Positions 12,487 through 26,497 of a DNA stretch of 64,000 nt are shown in pieces. The notes below the pieces were generated by a model. It was not told the DNA's origin. It was given only the letters and a program-made list of their open reading frames with translations, and ran no database searches. The stretch is from contig CM060733.1 of assembly GCA_030704615.1 (NCBI GenBank), forward strand, positions 31,186,001 through 31,250,000. The letters are read 5' to 3'. This DNA comes from Takakia lepidozioides (Eukaryota; Plantae; Bryophyta). The translations under genes and the position numbers were made by a program. Within the stretch, counting starts at the first letter, position 1. Every line of letters begins with the position of its first letter.

Positions 12487-14720
12487 TCAACGCTTCTTCC
12501 GCTTTTGAGGTCGTCCTTCGAAAGCTGCAACCGCCTCGGATGCGTTTCCCATTTCTGAGGCACGCACCCAAGATGCCTCCACATGATGATAGCCCTTCCA
12601 TTTGACGAGATACTCCGTTTCTCGGTTCCTGAACCTCCTCGACTTAAGTATTGCCTCCACCTCGTACTCAGGTTCATTTTCATGATCCAACAGCATAGGT
12701 GGCGGACGCAACACTTGATGCCGATTCGGACGCGCTTCATCTTTGAAGTAAGGCTTCAAAAGGGAGACATGGAATACTGGGTGCACCTTGCTGTTTGCCA
12801 GTAGCTCCAATTCATACACATCCTCATTCATAACCTTCCGAATGCGAAAAGGTCCCGCATACGGAGGTACGAACTTCGGACTCACTTCCGGAGGTAGTCG
12901 GAAATTCTTGATGTTCAACCAGACCTCTGTGCCTGCCTCAAACTTCACTTCCCTCCGCTTCCGATTCGCCTGCCTTTCATACCGTTTCCTAGCTTTGGCA
13001 ATGTTATACTTTGTGAGCTTCAACAAACGCTCGCGTTCTTCCAGTACCGCCGCTACTGCCGGTTCCTCCACGTCCTGGGCGGCCCAACTTGTCAGCACCA
13101 GAGGTGCTTTTCCATAGACCAATACGAAAGGGGAAACTCCTGTTGCGGAGTGTTTTGTGTTATTATAACAGAACTCTGCCGCGTCTAAGTGTTCCACCCA
13201 GTCTGTTTGGTCTGCCGACACGTAATTCCGCAGGATCTGCTTCACTACGGAATTCACTCTTTCTGTTTGGCCGTCAGTCGTAGGTCGGAAGGCGGTGCTC
13301 ATCTTCAGCCTCGTCCCCATCTTCTTCCAAAGTGCCTTCCAAAATTTACTCGTAAACTTTGGATCGCGGTCCGAGACAATATCCTTCGGGACTCCATGAT
13401 GCTTTAAGACGTGGGCGAAGTAAAGTCGCCCTGTCTCCTGCGCCGTAGCCGTCTCCTTGGTGGGGATGAAATGACCCATTTTACTGAACCTATCCACCAC
13501 CACCATGATTGCATCGAATCCTTTTGACAGCGGCATAGCAGTCATGAAATCCATCGGCCAAGTCCCCTCTGGAATCGGCAAGGGTTGTAACAGCCCCGCT
13601 TGCTTTTTGTACTCGCTCCGGTTTTTGTTGGCATGTGGTGCATGTCTTGACATACCCCTCTGCCTCCTCCCTCAGTTTGGGCCAGAAATACTCTTTCTTC
13701 AAGAGTGCCGCAGTGCGCTTGGCTCCGCCGTGGCCCGCAAGCGGGCTATCATGGCATTCTCTCAAGAGGCTATCTCTGATCCCTCCCTTCGGTACGTAGA
13801 GACGCTTTTGCTTATACTGGAGCAGTCCATTGTGCAAGTGAAACTGCGATTTAACCCCCATCCTCAAGTCCTGCATCACGGACTTCGCCAGCTCATCCTT
13901 CCGGCAAGCCTTCCGGATCTTCCTTTGGAGCGCCGTCTCGCCCTTGTACACCAACAAGAGCTGCTGCTTTCTACTTAAAGCATCGGCCACCACATTGTCT
14001 CGTCCCGGTTTATACTGGATATCCACGTCGAACACCGCCAAAGTATCTTGCCACCTAAGTTGTTTTGGGGACAACTTGGGCTGCGTGGCAAAATACTTCA
14101 CTGTGACATTGTCCGTGAACACCTTCACTGGGTTGGAACCAACATAGTGGTGCCAAAGCTCAAGACAGTGCACCACCGCCTTCATCTCTTTCTCGTGCGT
14201 CGGCCACCGTCGCTCCACTTCATTCAATTTCTTACTTTCGTAAGCCACTGGACGTCCATCTTGCATCAGTACACCTCCAATCGCAAAGTCCGACGCATCT
14301 GTATGATCTCGAACGAACGATTGAACTCCGGGATTTTCAAGACTGGAGCTTCCGCCATCCGCTGCTTCAATTCAGCAAAAGCTTGGCCACAAAAGGTGTT
14401 CCATGCCCAGACTTTAGATTTACACAGAAGGTCTGACAACGGCCCCGCGATCTTGGCAAAATTTCTCACATACTTCCGGTAATAGGAGGCGAGTCCAAGG
14501 AAGGATCGCACTCCCGAGACCGAAGTCGGAGGCTCCCAGTCCAAGATCGCCCTCACCTTTCTGTCATCCATTTTGATCCCATCCTGTGTAATCACATGCC
14601 CCAGGAACTCCACTTTTGTCACCCCGAATTCGCACTTTGAAGCTTTGGCATACAGCTTCCCTTCCCGCAATTTCTGGAACACCCTTTTGAGGTGCTCCAG
14701 GTGCTCCTCCTTTGTTTTCG
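12487..14720 (-). pseudogene. Chromovirus pol: RT C-terminus, RNase H, integrase, chromodomain (frameshifted)
   Basis: KCEFGVTKVEFLGHVI, RPVAYESKKL, HDSPLAGHGG, IVSDRDPKFTS, TDGQTERVN, YAGPFRI and the chromodomain EYEVEAILKSR...YLVKWKGY...ASW. Confidence 0.95.
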
Positions 14721-15085
14721 ACCGGTGCTATTTGCAGACAAGAAGGATGGGACGTTGCGGATGTGTGTCGATTACAGGGCTCTGAATAAGGTGACTATCA
14801 AAAACCGGTACCCTTTGCCAAGGATCGACGACCTCTTCGATCGATTGGCAGGAGCGAAGTATTTCAGCCGGATCGACTTGCGCTCCGGCTATCATCAAAT
14901 TCGGGTGGCGGAAGGAGATGAGGAGAAGACCGCGTGCAGGACAAGGTATGGTTCATATGAGTTCTTGGTGATGCTTTTTGGGCTCACCAATGCACCAGCG
15001 ACATTTAGCACGCTGATGAACAGTTTTTCCAGGAGTGGTTGGATGACTTTGTGATCGTGTACATCGACGACATCTTGGTGTATTC
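14721..15085 (+). pseudogene. Chromovirus RT core, inverted relative to the adjacent pol
   Basis: [23 protein letters not shown]...[11 protein letters not shown]...[10 protein letters not shown]...VYIDDILVYS. It stops exactly where the minus-strand piece resumes (S-KTKEEHL). Confidence 0.93.
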
Positions 15086-16513
15086 AGATCCATTGCTTGC
15101 CCCAACACTTGACGACGTGATGCCTCAGAAAGAGACGACACCGCCGTGGTACCAGTGGTAAAACCCATTGCCCGCTCATGCTCGTCAGCATTAGGCTCCA
15201 CTAACTGCTGCAACTGAGCATCCCACAGGAGGCCAGGTCCACTATCCCGGAAAGCATGTGATCCTGGGAAGCTGAGCAGTGTAGATAATGCTGCTCGTGG
15301 TTGACCCACCTTGTTGACCACTGCCAAAGGCAAACGGTCATCGTTCTCATACACTGAGACTGCCTCCCTGTGTCCAGAATGCTATCCACTGTGAGATGTG
15401 CTGGCCGCTGCACCCCATCAAATGCACGCTTGAGCAGTGCGGGTGGCATCAAGTTAGTCCACCATAGCCGTGGACGATGAGCCCGTGACCCCATTGTAGC
15501 TGCATCTAGCAACATTGCTGACCCAAGCCACGACCGGACTTGATGCACACTGGCCATCACCCTGGCCTGAGAATCGCCCATCAGTGGCACATTCTCCAAG
15601 ATGTATGCTGGAGATACAGCTTGATGAAGCTGCAAGTGGCGCAAAACCCGCACCATCTTCCAAAATAGACCCGACCTCGAGTCTCGCAATCCATTGCCAT
15701 GCCCGGCTGATGAATGCCCTTGGCAGGGCCAACCTGCCACTACCAGATCAATGGAGCCAACCCGCTCCAAATCCTGCGCCCCTAGCAACGAAATGTCTGC
15801 TGGCAAGGCCTGCTGATATCCACGAATTGCAGACACCGACAACAACTCAGGGTACCGCTGCACCAATTGAGCAACATGGCGAAGTGAAACGTGTCGTGCA
15901 GTCTCATCCCTCTCCACATACAGGTAACGCCGAACTCGTACACCTGCCTGTAACACAGCAGCCAATCCGGTGCTGATCCCGCCAAACAAGTCCAGAAGAC
16001 AAATGCCTTCATCCGAATACTGCCACACAATAGGTGTGGTGTCCAATGGAGACAATTGAGATGGTCTTGATGCAATCCCCGCACTCTCCTCCTCTCCTGA
16101 CGGTACAAAAGCCTCCACCCAGGCTTGTTGCACCCGTCGATCAGCATCCCGCTGCAAATCCTTGCTCGTGCCCCACAATGGAGTCTAAGCAACCATGGTA
16201 GGCAACTCCGCCATACCATACATATTATCCTCCTCTCCCGGAGGTGGCATATCCTCTGAATGAGCGTTGCTCTCAAGCAACTCTCTAGGCCAACTCACTG
16301 CCGCTGTGAATGCTGCTAGTGTCGGCATCTTGCCTCGCTGGGCAACCGCAACTCCTCCTATGAACGTCACAGGGAGCTACACACGCCGGCCCTCCCCTGA
16401 CTGCCATGCAAGCCTATAGGAAGCTGACTCCTCCCAAAAATCCAGGATGAAGCCCATGGGGTACAACACTGCCCCACCAACCAGGACATCGTATGAGACC
16501 GCGTCTGTCACAA
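15086..16513 (-). pseudogene. DNMT-Gypsy protease C-terminus + DNMT3-like methyltransferase fragment
   Basis: ORF 15201-16178 retains LDLFGGISTG, VAGWPCQGHS, YILENV and RAHRPRLWW. There are upstream TAG stops and a frameshift near 15345. Confidence 0.93.
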
Positions 16514-19500
16514 CCCGGACTGACTCTTGCCTCCACCTACGGAAAGGTCTTGGTCTAATGAGAGGGTGGAAACTACGAGGAAGAGAAGCTAAAGCAATGC
16601 CTAACCCCAGCATGCCCTCATCCCAACACTCTTCCTCTCCTCTCTTCCCTCACTTGCATGACCATGGGAATATCATGAAGATACTGCTCAAACCGCCCTC
16701 CACGAGCTTCAAAATTCAGCCTTCAAGACCACATGCCAGTCCTTAGGCAGTCCACTAGTGCCTCCACGAGTCAGCACAGGCCGTCCACAGGTCAACACGG
16801 GCCACCACAGACCAGCACAAGCCCACACAGCTCACAGGCCACAACCTGTCACAGCCCTACACAGGTCATAGGGTCATAGCCCCACAGGCCGCAGCCTGTC
16901 ACAGCCCAAAGGCCACATGTCACAGCCTGTCACAGCCCATCACAACCCCAAAGGCCACAGGCACAGCCTGTCACAGCCCTACAAAGGTCACAGGGTCACA
17001 GCCCCAAAGGCCATAGCCTACCACAACCCCTCACAGCCCCATAGGCCACAGGGCACAGCCTGTCACAGCCCGACACAGGTCAGAGGGGTCACAGCCCCAA
17101 AGGCCACAGCCCCTCACAGCCCGTCACAGCCCCACAGGCCACTAGGCACAGCCTGTCACAGCCCGTCACAGCCCACAGGCCACAGGGCACAGCCTGTCAC
17201 AGCTCGCCACAGCCCATCACAGCTCGCCACAGCCTGTCACATCCCGTCACAGCCCCACAGGCCACACAGCACAGCCTGTCACAGCCCCTCATAGCCCGTC
17301 ACAGCCCCACAGGCCACAGGGCACAGCATGTCAAGCCCCTCACAGCCCGTCACAGCCCCACAGGCCATTGGGCACAGCCTGTCACAGCCCGTCACAGCCC
17401 CACAGGCCACAGGGCACAGCCTGTCACAGCCCCTTATAGCCCGTCACAGCCCCACAGGCCATAGGGCACAGTTTGTCACAACCCCTTATAGCCCATCAAA
17501 GCCCCACAGGCCACGGGGCACAGCCTATCAAGCCCCTCATAGCCCGTCACAGCCCCACAGGCCACTGGGCACAGCCTGTCACAGCCCCTCACAGCCCCAA
17601 AGGCCTCAGGCACGGCCTGTCACAACCCTTCACAGCCCGTCACAGCCCCAAAGGCCTCAGGCACGGCCTGTCACAGCCCCTCACAGCCCATCACAGCCCC
17701 AAAGGCCACGGGCACAGCCTGTCACAGCCCATCACAGCCCCAAAGGCCAGGGGCGCAGCCCATCACAGCCCGTCACAGGCCCCAAAAGGCCACCGGCACA
17801 GCCCCTCACAGCCCATCACAGCCCCCAGGGCCACCGGCGCAGCCCGTCACAGGCCCTCACAGCCCGTCACAGCCCCGAAGGCCACCGTCACAGCCCGTCA
17901 CAGCCCGTGACAGCCTCGAAGGCCACCGGCACAGCCCCTCACAGGCCCTCACAGGCCGTCACAGCCCCAAAGGCCACCGGCGCAGCCCGTCACAGCCCCG
18001 AAGGCCACCGGCACAGCCCCTCACAGCCCGTCACAGCCCCCAAGGCCTCAGGGACAGCCCGTCACAGCCCCATCCATGGCCGCTCTGGCAGTTTAGCTAT
18101 TTCTCCAAGGGGTTTAGCCACGCCAAGCTAGGGTTTGTGTCTCTTGGACTCTAGGCTTCTTTCCACCGAGCTATGGCGGCTGTGAGGAAATCAGCAAGGT
18201 ATTCTTGCTCTTTCGGCTCCCACACACCACCATAGTAGCCCTAAGCCATGAGGTGGTTGCCACAAACCAAGCCTTCTTTCTCACTTAGCCTCCCCAAACA
18301 CGCCACTAAACTCAATGACAAACAACCAAGCCCTGCTGGTTCCCAGCCCTTGTGAGCACTCATTCAAGCACTCTCCTTGGCCATAGCATCTGTCTTAGAG
18401 CCTATTCCAGCCCCCTACACCTGCTGCTTCAAGAGTTGCGCTCCCTTCAAGCTTGAAGTTGAAACCCCAACTCACATAGGCCCTACAAGTGCTTTTCTTT
18501 CACTCCAAGTGGAAACCAGCCCTAGACCTTCCGTTCTAGCTCTCTAAAGCTTGCAAACAAGAGCCTCAATGGGCTGAAGGCATGCTCCACACATGCCCCA
18601 CTCTCACCATAAGAGAATCAGCTCCCTATCTTGGCTCCTTGGCTCCTTGATGCTCTCTAAGACAAGACTAAGCACTCCACAGCCCTTGCCAAGCTCCTGA
18701 AACCCTAAGGCTTACATTTCCAGCCACAAGACACTCCTCTTGTGGTGCAAGAACTTTTCTTCCAAGCTCTGAAACCCTAGGTGCACATTCCATGGCCTTG
18801 CCGCACCTCTTAGCTCTTGTTCCAGCCCCGCTCTTGCCATGGCAAGAGCCCTCATACCGCTGGAGTTTCAGATTGAAACCCCCAACTCAACATAGCCACA
18901 AATGCATTGGCTTGCGTACAAGAGAAATCAGCCATCTCTCTTCACTCATACCTCCTTATGAGCTTGAAGTTGGAGCTCCCAATAACTGTGACTTACATCT
19001 AACACCCTCGCAGCTCCACATTGCTGCAGCTCCTTAACTTGGCCTGCAGCTGAAGAAGACGACCACCAGTTCACCCACTCGAGACCAGCATCTCCCCCGC
19101 TTCACACTAGAAGCCCAAACTTGGTTGCCATAGCGTTGAGCTATGCAACGCCGCTCTTCAACATATGCTACCTGCCTCTCTATCCATTGCAAACCTGCAA
19201 CTTGTTCACCTTTGCACTCTATCCACTTTGGATAGGCTCATGTACGGATCCCTGCACTCTAGGCTGAACCGCTTCTCATGAAAACACAAGTGCTACAAAA
19301 CAACTCGAACCTGGCACTCACAGACTCGAGCTGATTTTTCTCGAGTGATAACGAAGAAGAATACAAGCACAAGCTCATGCGAGCTCACAAAGCTGAAGCA
19401 TAAACTCATGCATATATAACCTCATCACTCAAATACAAGTCAAGCCAAGTGCACCCCACGCCATGGGGAATCCACACTACGGCGCCATAGCTAGGCGCGG

Positions 19501-19672
19501 TGAGGCGAAACTCGAGAAAGATGAGCCTCCCGCGCTTGCCGTGAAGATAACCACTCCAGGGCCTAAATCTGCCTTGACCCCTGGATTGACACTTGGGCCA
19601 ATCCCAAATGTCAATATGTAAAAGCTAGCTATTTCCTAGCTAGTTTCACACTAGTGGTAAAATAACTTGACA
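16512..19672 (-). mobile_element. 5' terminus, leader and satellite of another DNMT-Gypsy copy (gag deleted)
   Basis: The minus strand starts TGTCAAGTTATTTT at 19672. Inverted homology to 2587-2742 and 2752-4018. The leader is fused to the protease region at 16512. Confidence 0.9.
16790..18070 (-). repeat. Tandem array (CACAG-based), reverse complement of the 2752-3780 array
   Basis: Repeated cacagcccgtcacagccccacaggccacagggcacagcctgt-type units. Confidence 0.95.
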
Positions 19673-19679
19673 GTCTCCA

Positions 19680-20360
19680 TTGTCCCACCATTGACTGGAG
19701 TCGGAAAGTGTTCATTCCAAAGCTTCTCCTCATCTTTGTTATTTGTTTTTGGATGTTCCACACTAGCACACTCCCTTCATACATGTCCACGAGGGTATTG
19801 TTCAGAATGACATTTGACAATTGCCACTTTGACAATGTCACCATGGACCTCTTTGCCCTTTTCCAGAGCTGCCAGGCTTGCACATGCATCGCAGATACAC
19901 ACAAACGTGATGTGGTCGGGCTTCACCCCTTCCCCCATCATTTGATCATAGGTCTCCAAAGCCTCCATAACATATTTCCGCTGTGCATATTACCCTGCAA
20001 GGATCGCGTTCCATGACACCACACCTCGTTTAGTCATAGTGTTGAAAACTCCCTTCGCATCCTTAATGCACCCACATTTGGCATACATGTTCACCAGGGC
20101 AGTGTTCAGAATGACATCTGGTACAATTCCAGCTTTGACGATGTCACCATGGACCTCTTTCCCCTTTTCCAAGGCTCTTAGGCTTGCACACACATTGCAA
20201 ACACAAACAAATGTGATGTGGTTGGGCTTCACCCCTTCGCGCAACATTTGCTCATCGGTCTCCAAAGCATTCCTACCACACCCATGCTTGGTAAGTCCTG
20301 CCAACATTATATTCCACGTGATCAAAGATCGTTGGGGCATTCTACTGAACACTTGGTCAT
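19680..20360 (-). pseudogene. PLS-class pentatricopeptide repeat (PPR) pseudogene fragment
   Basis: GVKPNHITFVCVCNVCASLRALEKGKEVHGDIVKAG...NTALVNMYAKCGCIKDAKGVF...VVSWNAILAG repeats with stops and frameshifts. Confidence 0.9.
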
Positions 20361-21366
20361 ACTAAATTGTAGGGTAAGGATTCTGAAACCCTACATTCAA
20401 ACCAGCAAATGGGCACTTAATAAATTCCACAAGGCCCTAGCCAGGGAATAAATTTTGCAGCAAGTATAGACTAGTCAGTTTCAGGATATCCATAGGAAAG
20501 AATCACTTAATTCCACCTGAAATATTCTACCCAAGATTAGAGAGAGAGAGAGAGAGAGAGAAACCTTTTCAGCACTGATGCCATACATCTCTCAGAGCAA
20601 TGCCATAATGAGGGTTTTCTTGCCTGCTCCAGTGGGACCATAGAACAACAAGTGTGGACAATCTCCCTATGTTGTCTGTCAACCACACAGAGAACATCAT
20701 TCATCTCTTCCTCAACACACTCTCTACAAATTCCCATTGTTTGGCATAGGCCTTGTGAGACCCAAACTGTCTTGCAGGCCCTCAAGGCACCTTGTGGGCG
20801 TTATGAAGTATCTTTTCTCTACACCTCTATATGCATCAGTGTACCATAAGCCATTTGGACTCCCAATCAGCTTCATAAAGTGTCTTTCATTCTTTCTTAG
20901 CAAAGATCAGTCCGTCCCTCCATAATTTCGTCGAAGACCAACTGCCGAATGTGAGCTTAACAGATCAGGGCTTATCTCATTGTAAACAAACAACCTGCAC
21001 ACGCTTTAGTTGTATATCAATCTGCTACAGTGTGGTGCAGGTCTGGTGACGCTGGTGTGGATAGCAAAATGGCCAACCTTCGTAAGTTCGTCTGTGAAAA
21101 TTAAAACTGTATATGGTCAATCCAATATATGCACGGGGTCTGATGCCACACACTGCAGTATGTTGGCAATCAAAGCCCTCTGTGGTCCTTACTTGTCCTG
21201 GGCACCTCTAGAACATAGAGGAAAGTCGATAACATTCGAGCCTCGCTGCATTTCTAGTTACCTTGCGCACTTGTGACAAACCTATCAATGTAGATTTCGC
21301 AACGTGCTCGCTGTAGTTAACCTCCTGAGATCAAGACAACATTTTGCAAAGATGCAAAGTTCTCAC

Positions 21367-21441
21367 CAGATTCTTTAGATGTTGGGCTTCCTCAACATGC
21401 ACCATCACTTTGTCAAGCGTCCGTGGCCGGTACTTGTCTAC
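21367..21441 (-). pseudogene. Orphan first-exon fragment of a replication factor C small subunit (RFC3/38-kDa type)
   Basis: VDKYRPRTLDKVMVHVEEAQHLKNL followed by a GTGAGA donor. The MLW start is missing and I see no downstream exons. Confidence 0.7.
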
Positions 21442-22398
21442 GACCTTTTTTCTTTGCCTTCCAACTCTTATATACCCACAACATTTCTCACTCCTCTCTG
21501 AGCCTCCAACAACACTTCCAATCAACCACTCTCTGTCTGTATTTGCTCTGAGGTTAAGCTAACCTGTAAGCATGTGGATCCACAAGAAGCTGCGATAAAC
21601 GAAACTAGGGGAGTTGTAACATGAAGGCAACAGTAGACACTCTTGTCAATAACAAACTACTCAAACGACACAAACAATGTCTCTAAACAAAACAGTTCTC
21701 CATCTGCGTCTGCATCTGAGTGAACCCAACTTTGATCGTCCTCGGCAATTGCAAGAAAGAAGCAGATGGGTACCAGCGTCCGGAATCATGGCAGCGAAGT
21801 GAAGTGAAGTTTTTTTTTTTTTTAACACTCCAGTGTGAAATTGGTGGGATAGGCTCATGTCGGGTGACCCAACTTGTATGATGGCTAAGTCATGATGTCA
21901 TGGATGTATTTCTTGCATTCATGGGGCATGCATGGTGGATGCGTGCAATACAATAACACTGAGTTCAATGTGTGACAGTAGTTTCGGGAGCAAGGGACCC
22001 GGCGCGGGGGCAGCGGGTGGAGCGGGAGGGCGGCGCCTGGAGCTGCGACCGTGGGCCGCGGCGCTGCCCCGAGGGGGGGGGGCGAGGTGGAGGGCGGGGT
22101 GGGGCCACACAGGCAGGCCCGCTGAGGCAGCATTCAACTCCCGGGCCTCTTTTATCACTTGCCTAACTGAGCTACCAGCTGTTGGTATTTTAATCAAAAC
22201 GAAATACATTTTTTTTTCCCCGTATCAGTAAAATTTCGAGGGCGTCTATCCCCCTTTATGTAACAAAACAAAACCAAAAAAAAATTAGTGTCTGTATGGA
22301 TCATTGCATGGACCCAACCAGGAGGTGTTGGGTTCGAACTTCGAACTCCGGTGGAATACACGAAATGATGGATGTTTATTAACCGGAAACCCCCTCTT

Positions 22399-23465
22399 GG
22401 ACATCTCCACGGTGCGACGGCACCTACCCAAAAACGGGAATCTAACAACGTGGGGTCCAAAAAAGTAGTCCACGATTGGCTCAGCCCGGCAGATTTGCTG
22501 CTGGCCCCGCCTTAATCCTGCCAATTATACCGGGACCCCGCCAATCACGCTACATTAAACTTGTGAGTTATTTGGGAGTTAATGCGATATGATGTCCTCC
22601 GTTAATGAGCCCAGATCGTGATCGAACGGCGGGCCTGCCCCAGGGCTATCACTGCCGTGTCTGGTACAGTCCCGACCGTGGAGTTTCAACCAACCCGTCC
22701 CTGCAAAAATTACCGTAACCTGGGCATATAGTGTTTGACGTGCCGTGCTCACCGTGGAGATGCTCTAAGAGCATCCCCACCGGTGTTCCTAAATGCCACG
22801 GCAACAACGTTACTTGAGCACCTGGCCCTGGTATCCTCACCCCGGGGCCTGCACTTTGGTGCAGGATAGGGGCCCTCTTCAGCCTGGGCGGTACCTGCTG
22901 GAGCGACTAAGAAGCACGCCCGCGTGCTTTTATGGCGTGATGGTGAGGCGGTGTCTGCCAGGTGGTCCCTCCGCAACAGGGGCGCGTCAAAAATAACATG
23001 TGCAGGGCAGTTTGATGGAGTTGCCGCTTGGGGAGGGGAGTGTTCAAGGCAGCGGGAGGCTACCGTGCAGTGGTGAGGCTACCGTGCAGTGGTGTTTAGT
23101 GTATCCCCGGTGGAGTTGCTCTAAGATCATCCCCACAGGTGGCTCTGTATGTGGGTACATCAAGTGCCTTATATTGCAGAGCGCTCAAGAAGATGGACGG
23201 CAAACCTCACGCCACCCTCCCGCTCAACCTCTCGCTCGCCAGCTTCTCATGTGTGGGATGATCACCTGACTCCAGATGCGCGCTGGACTCGTCCGACGTT
23301 GACTTGCGTGAGCCATAACGGGCCGGAAGGACACGGCAAGATCCGGGGTCCGGTTCCAATTTGGAGCGCACGTTACCGCGCATTGTAACGTGTAGCGGTG
23401 GGGCATGGTTTTTGTGTCTTATCTCCACTTCCGTGGCTGATAGCAGGCCCCGGTGGGGGATGCTC
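22399..23465. mobile_element. Three PIF/Harbinger-type (Tourist-like) MITEs in tandem
   Basis: Units about 22399-22765, 22769-23121 and 23125-23465, each with GAGCATC(C/T)CCAC-like TIRs. TAA separates them (22766-68, 23122-24) and follows the last (23466-68). Confidence 0.75.
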
Positions 23466-23626
23466 TAAGGCCTAATTTAGAAAGGGGGTATTAAGGCTGG
23501 CCCCAAAACCTCCTCTACAAACCAAAAGATAACAAGAAACCTCAGTCAAGGAGCTAACTTGAGACCGATACAGGTGTCAGCTCTCACTTTGTCAAACTGT
23601 GCACGAACAGATGAAGTAATGATAGA

Positions 23627-25239
23627 CTAAGTTTGGAGATGTTTTGTAAGAGAAGAGACAAGCACTAGCTGCTGCACACTCACTGGTATACTGAAGGGAG
23701 GTCCATTGAAGAAGACGGCCTGTATGAGCTCTCTGTACATCTTATCAGTCGGATGAAACCAGTCCCACCAGATGTAGTCTTGGGTGTTCTCGCAGAGGTT
23801 GACCTTGGTGCATCCTCCAAAGCTGTCAAAGCCACAGCATCCGGTATCTCCATTTAAAAATCCTGCAAAGTCATTGAATGTTTGATTCATCTCTTTATGT
23901 AAGTAGGACGGATGGCGTTGAGAGCCTCTCAGGACTGTGTTTTTTAAGCAAGTCAAAATCTGCCAAGTGCTGTCGATGGTAGATTTTTCCACTCACCATA
24001 AGCTGGAGGATTTTGGACTGCATCGAGGAGCATGGAGAAAAAATGGGTGGACACCACCCCTAACCCTGGCAGTCTGGCGCTCAAGTTAGCGAGCATGCTT
24101 ATTAGGGCACTGTTAAAACTCAGAGCCGTCGTTTGCAGAAAAGGCACACATGCCCCCACGCTGTGGTACCTGCTGAGCTGCGAGGGGACACACCCCAGTG
24201 GTGCAAGACCAGCCACTCCAATCTTTCTGGCCCCCTACATTGAGTATATCGTCACCCCCAGTGACGATGTAGAAGAACGACTGGGCAAAGAAATTACGGC
24301 TAGCCTCGGGCCCAAGCATCCCAGAAATTTCTTCCTTCACTTTCTGGAAGGCCTCTATCTGCGATGACAACGGAATAACTTCGCCCTGCCATCATTCACA
24401 TCATCCGTTAATCTTCTTGGAAACCTGACACAGTGAAATTTCCAACTCGGGAGACCATGCATCAACTGAACGTCAACTAAACCATATACGACATATTAAA
24501 CCTGACAAACGTACAGCTTCGAAGCCAGTTTGGTTGAGGATGCCCATGCCCCCTGTTGCAAATTCACGCCCTGTAGTAGCCGTTCACCTTTCGTTTCGGG
24601 ATCGAGATATGGTGGCACCAAGGGCTCAGCTGCCAGTTAACCAACAGCCTAGGTAGGCATTAGTTCGGGGCCACGCACAACAAATTACATGAGAGAAACT
24701 TTATAGAGATGAAGCTTTTCAAACCTCTATGCAAACCTTGACCACGTTTCAAGGTCTAGTTTTCCATAACTTTCGGAAGTATAACCAAAATCCTTCCACA
24801 TTCTATTCTGAATCCACAACTGTACCCCTTACATCCACTTCATGGTACTAAAGGAGATCTGTTTGAGGCATGAATAGACAAGTAGTATCAAGTGTACCCA
24901 ACTGAATTCCGATGTTTCTTCGGGGAGCTGCAGAAATTTGCAAGGCCATGTGACCAGCATAATTTACTCACCAAGGAAATCCATTCCATTGCGTCCATTG
25001 CAAAACCTTCCTGTTGGCATGTGTGTGTCGAAGTCTTTTCCGTAGGGTAAGTAGTTTGCCTTGGCCACTGTACATAAGTTGTTGTTGTTGCCTGGGTCAG
25101 CAAGAGAGTCCCCAAATACAAAGAGGGCCGGCACCAATGGTTTTGCCGGGATGAAGTACTGTCCTCCGTTTGCGAAGGCTCCTTGGATCAGTGTTGACCA
25201 GTGGAATATAACCCACACTAAAGCATGTGCCTTAGCCAT
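23627..25239 (-). pseudogene. GDSL esterase/lipase, probably pseudogenised
   Basis: Exon 1 (25239-24972) has ALFVFGDSLADPGNN...PYGKDF...PTGRFCNG. Later blocks PPYLDP, GVNF (1-nt frameshift), GLAPLGCVP and YIWWDWFHPT are present. An apparent internal deletion fuses GGDDILN to GARKIG out of frame near 24240. Confidence 0.85.
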
Positions 25240-26497
25240 TGCACACGATCTCTGTCCAGAGGTTGAGCCATACCATCCAGAGAAGTATCAGAATGGAGAA
25301 TATATGTATCACAAGATCACGCTAGGAATGGAGTAGGAATGATGAACGAATTCTTGTACATACTGATGAGAAAAGTCGTCACAGTTCTCCAAATCATCAC
25401 TCCTCTTGCACCCGACGCAATAAGTCGACCGAAAGCCGTATTCCATAAAAGACGTGCATATACACGGAAGCTATCTAGGACTCACCCGCAAAAAAAATCA
25501 GAAACCTCTTTGAAGAACAGGTCTGAAATCGCTAGCTTGTTAAAATCTGCACATACACCCAGAATTCCTGAGCATCATAGTACTAACAGGCCCGAGATTC
25601 TCAAGATGCAACAACATTTACTGGCCTTCTGCTTGAACGATCTGTCCCTCGGTGCAGCATCTTATGGAGGAGCTAGCTAGGAGCTAGCTTTGAGAGCAAG
25701 ATCGAAGCCGGAAAGATTCTAGGAGACTGCGCATAAACTGCACCGCAAGGCCATCGGTCTCGACATCGGTATACTTGAAGCTTTGCACATAGTTCTGGTG
25801 GGTTGATGCGTTAAAACTCAGAAGACACAATTTCTTATGAATGCAAGCTAGCTACTTACCTCGTCTGGGCTGTATGCACATCAGGTCTTCAGTCAGTCAC
25901 CAGCTCCATACTCAAGTAATGATATTCGACAGCAAACTGTGCTCATGCCGCAGGAAGTTGACACTCAAACTGACGCTTCAAACCGTGAACTCGCCCAACT
26001 GCTCGGCTCTAAGTTATCTCTTACTTCTTCTGAAGTTACATGAGAATACATGCTGATAAAGTTGAAGTCCAGCGGATCCACAAAGCTGACTTACACAGAA
26101 TGAAAGGGCGGGGAAAAGTCAGTTGGAGAGGGAATAGCAAGGGACTGCATGCTGTACGTACTACAGTTTATAATCGAGATTACAGGAAAAAGCGAAGAGA
26201 ACCATGCAAATATTCTTCATGTTGCTTCTCCACTCTCCACACCGCCCGTATTCGTCACCACTCGTCACCATGTTATAATAAAACTCGATTTCTTCTACTT
26301 TGAAAACTACCCAGGGCCTCTGTCCCTGTTCCCCTCATTAAAAAAAAACAAAAAAAAACTACTTACCTAAATGTGTTTGCTGTAGTACTTCCCTACCACT
26401 TATGCTAATAAGTAGATAAGTAGCTGTGCAAGCTACCGAGTACCAAGACCCAGCCCATTAATAAGGGTATTCAGCTTTTGAGGCGCCAGCACGTATA

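Noticed and set aside
2587-19672. Apparent giant inverted-repeat transposon
   Set aside because: Flanks do not match (GATT versus GTCT). These are two 5' ends of different copies in opposite orientation.
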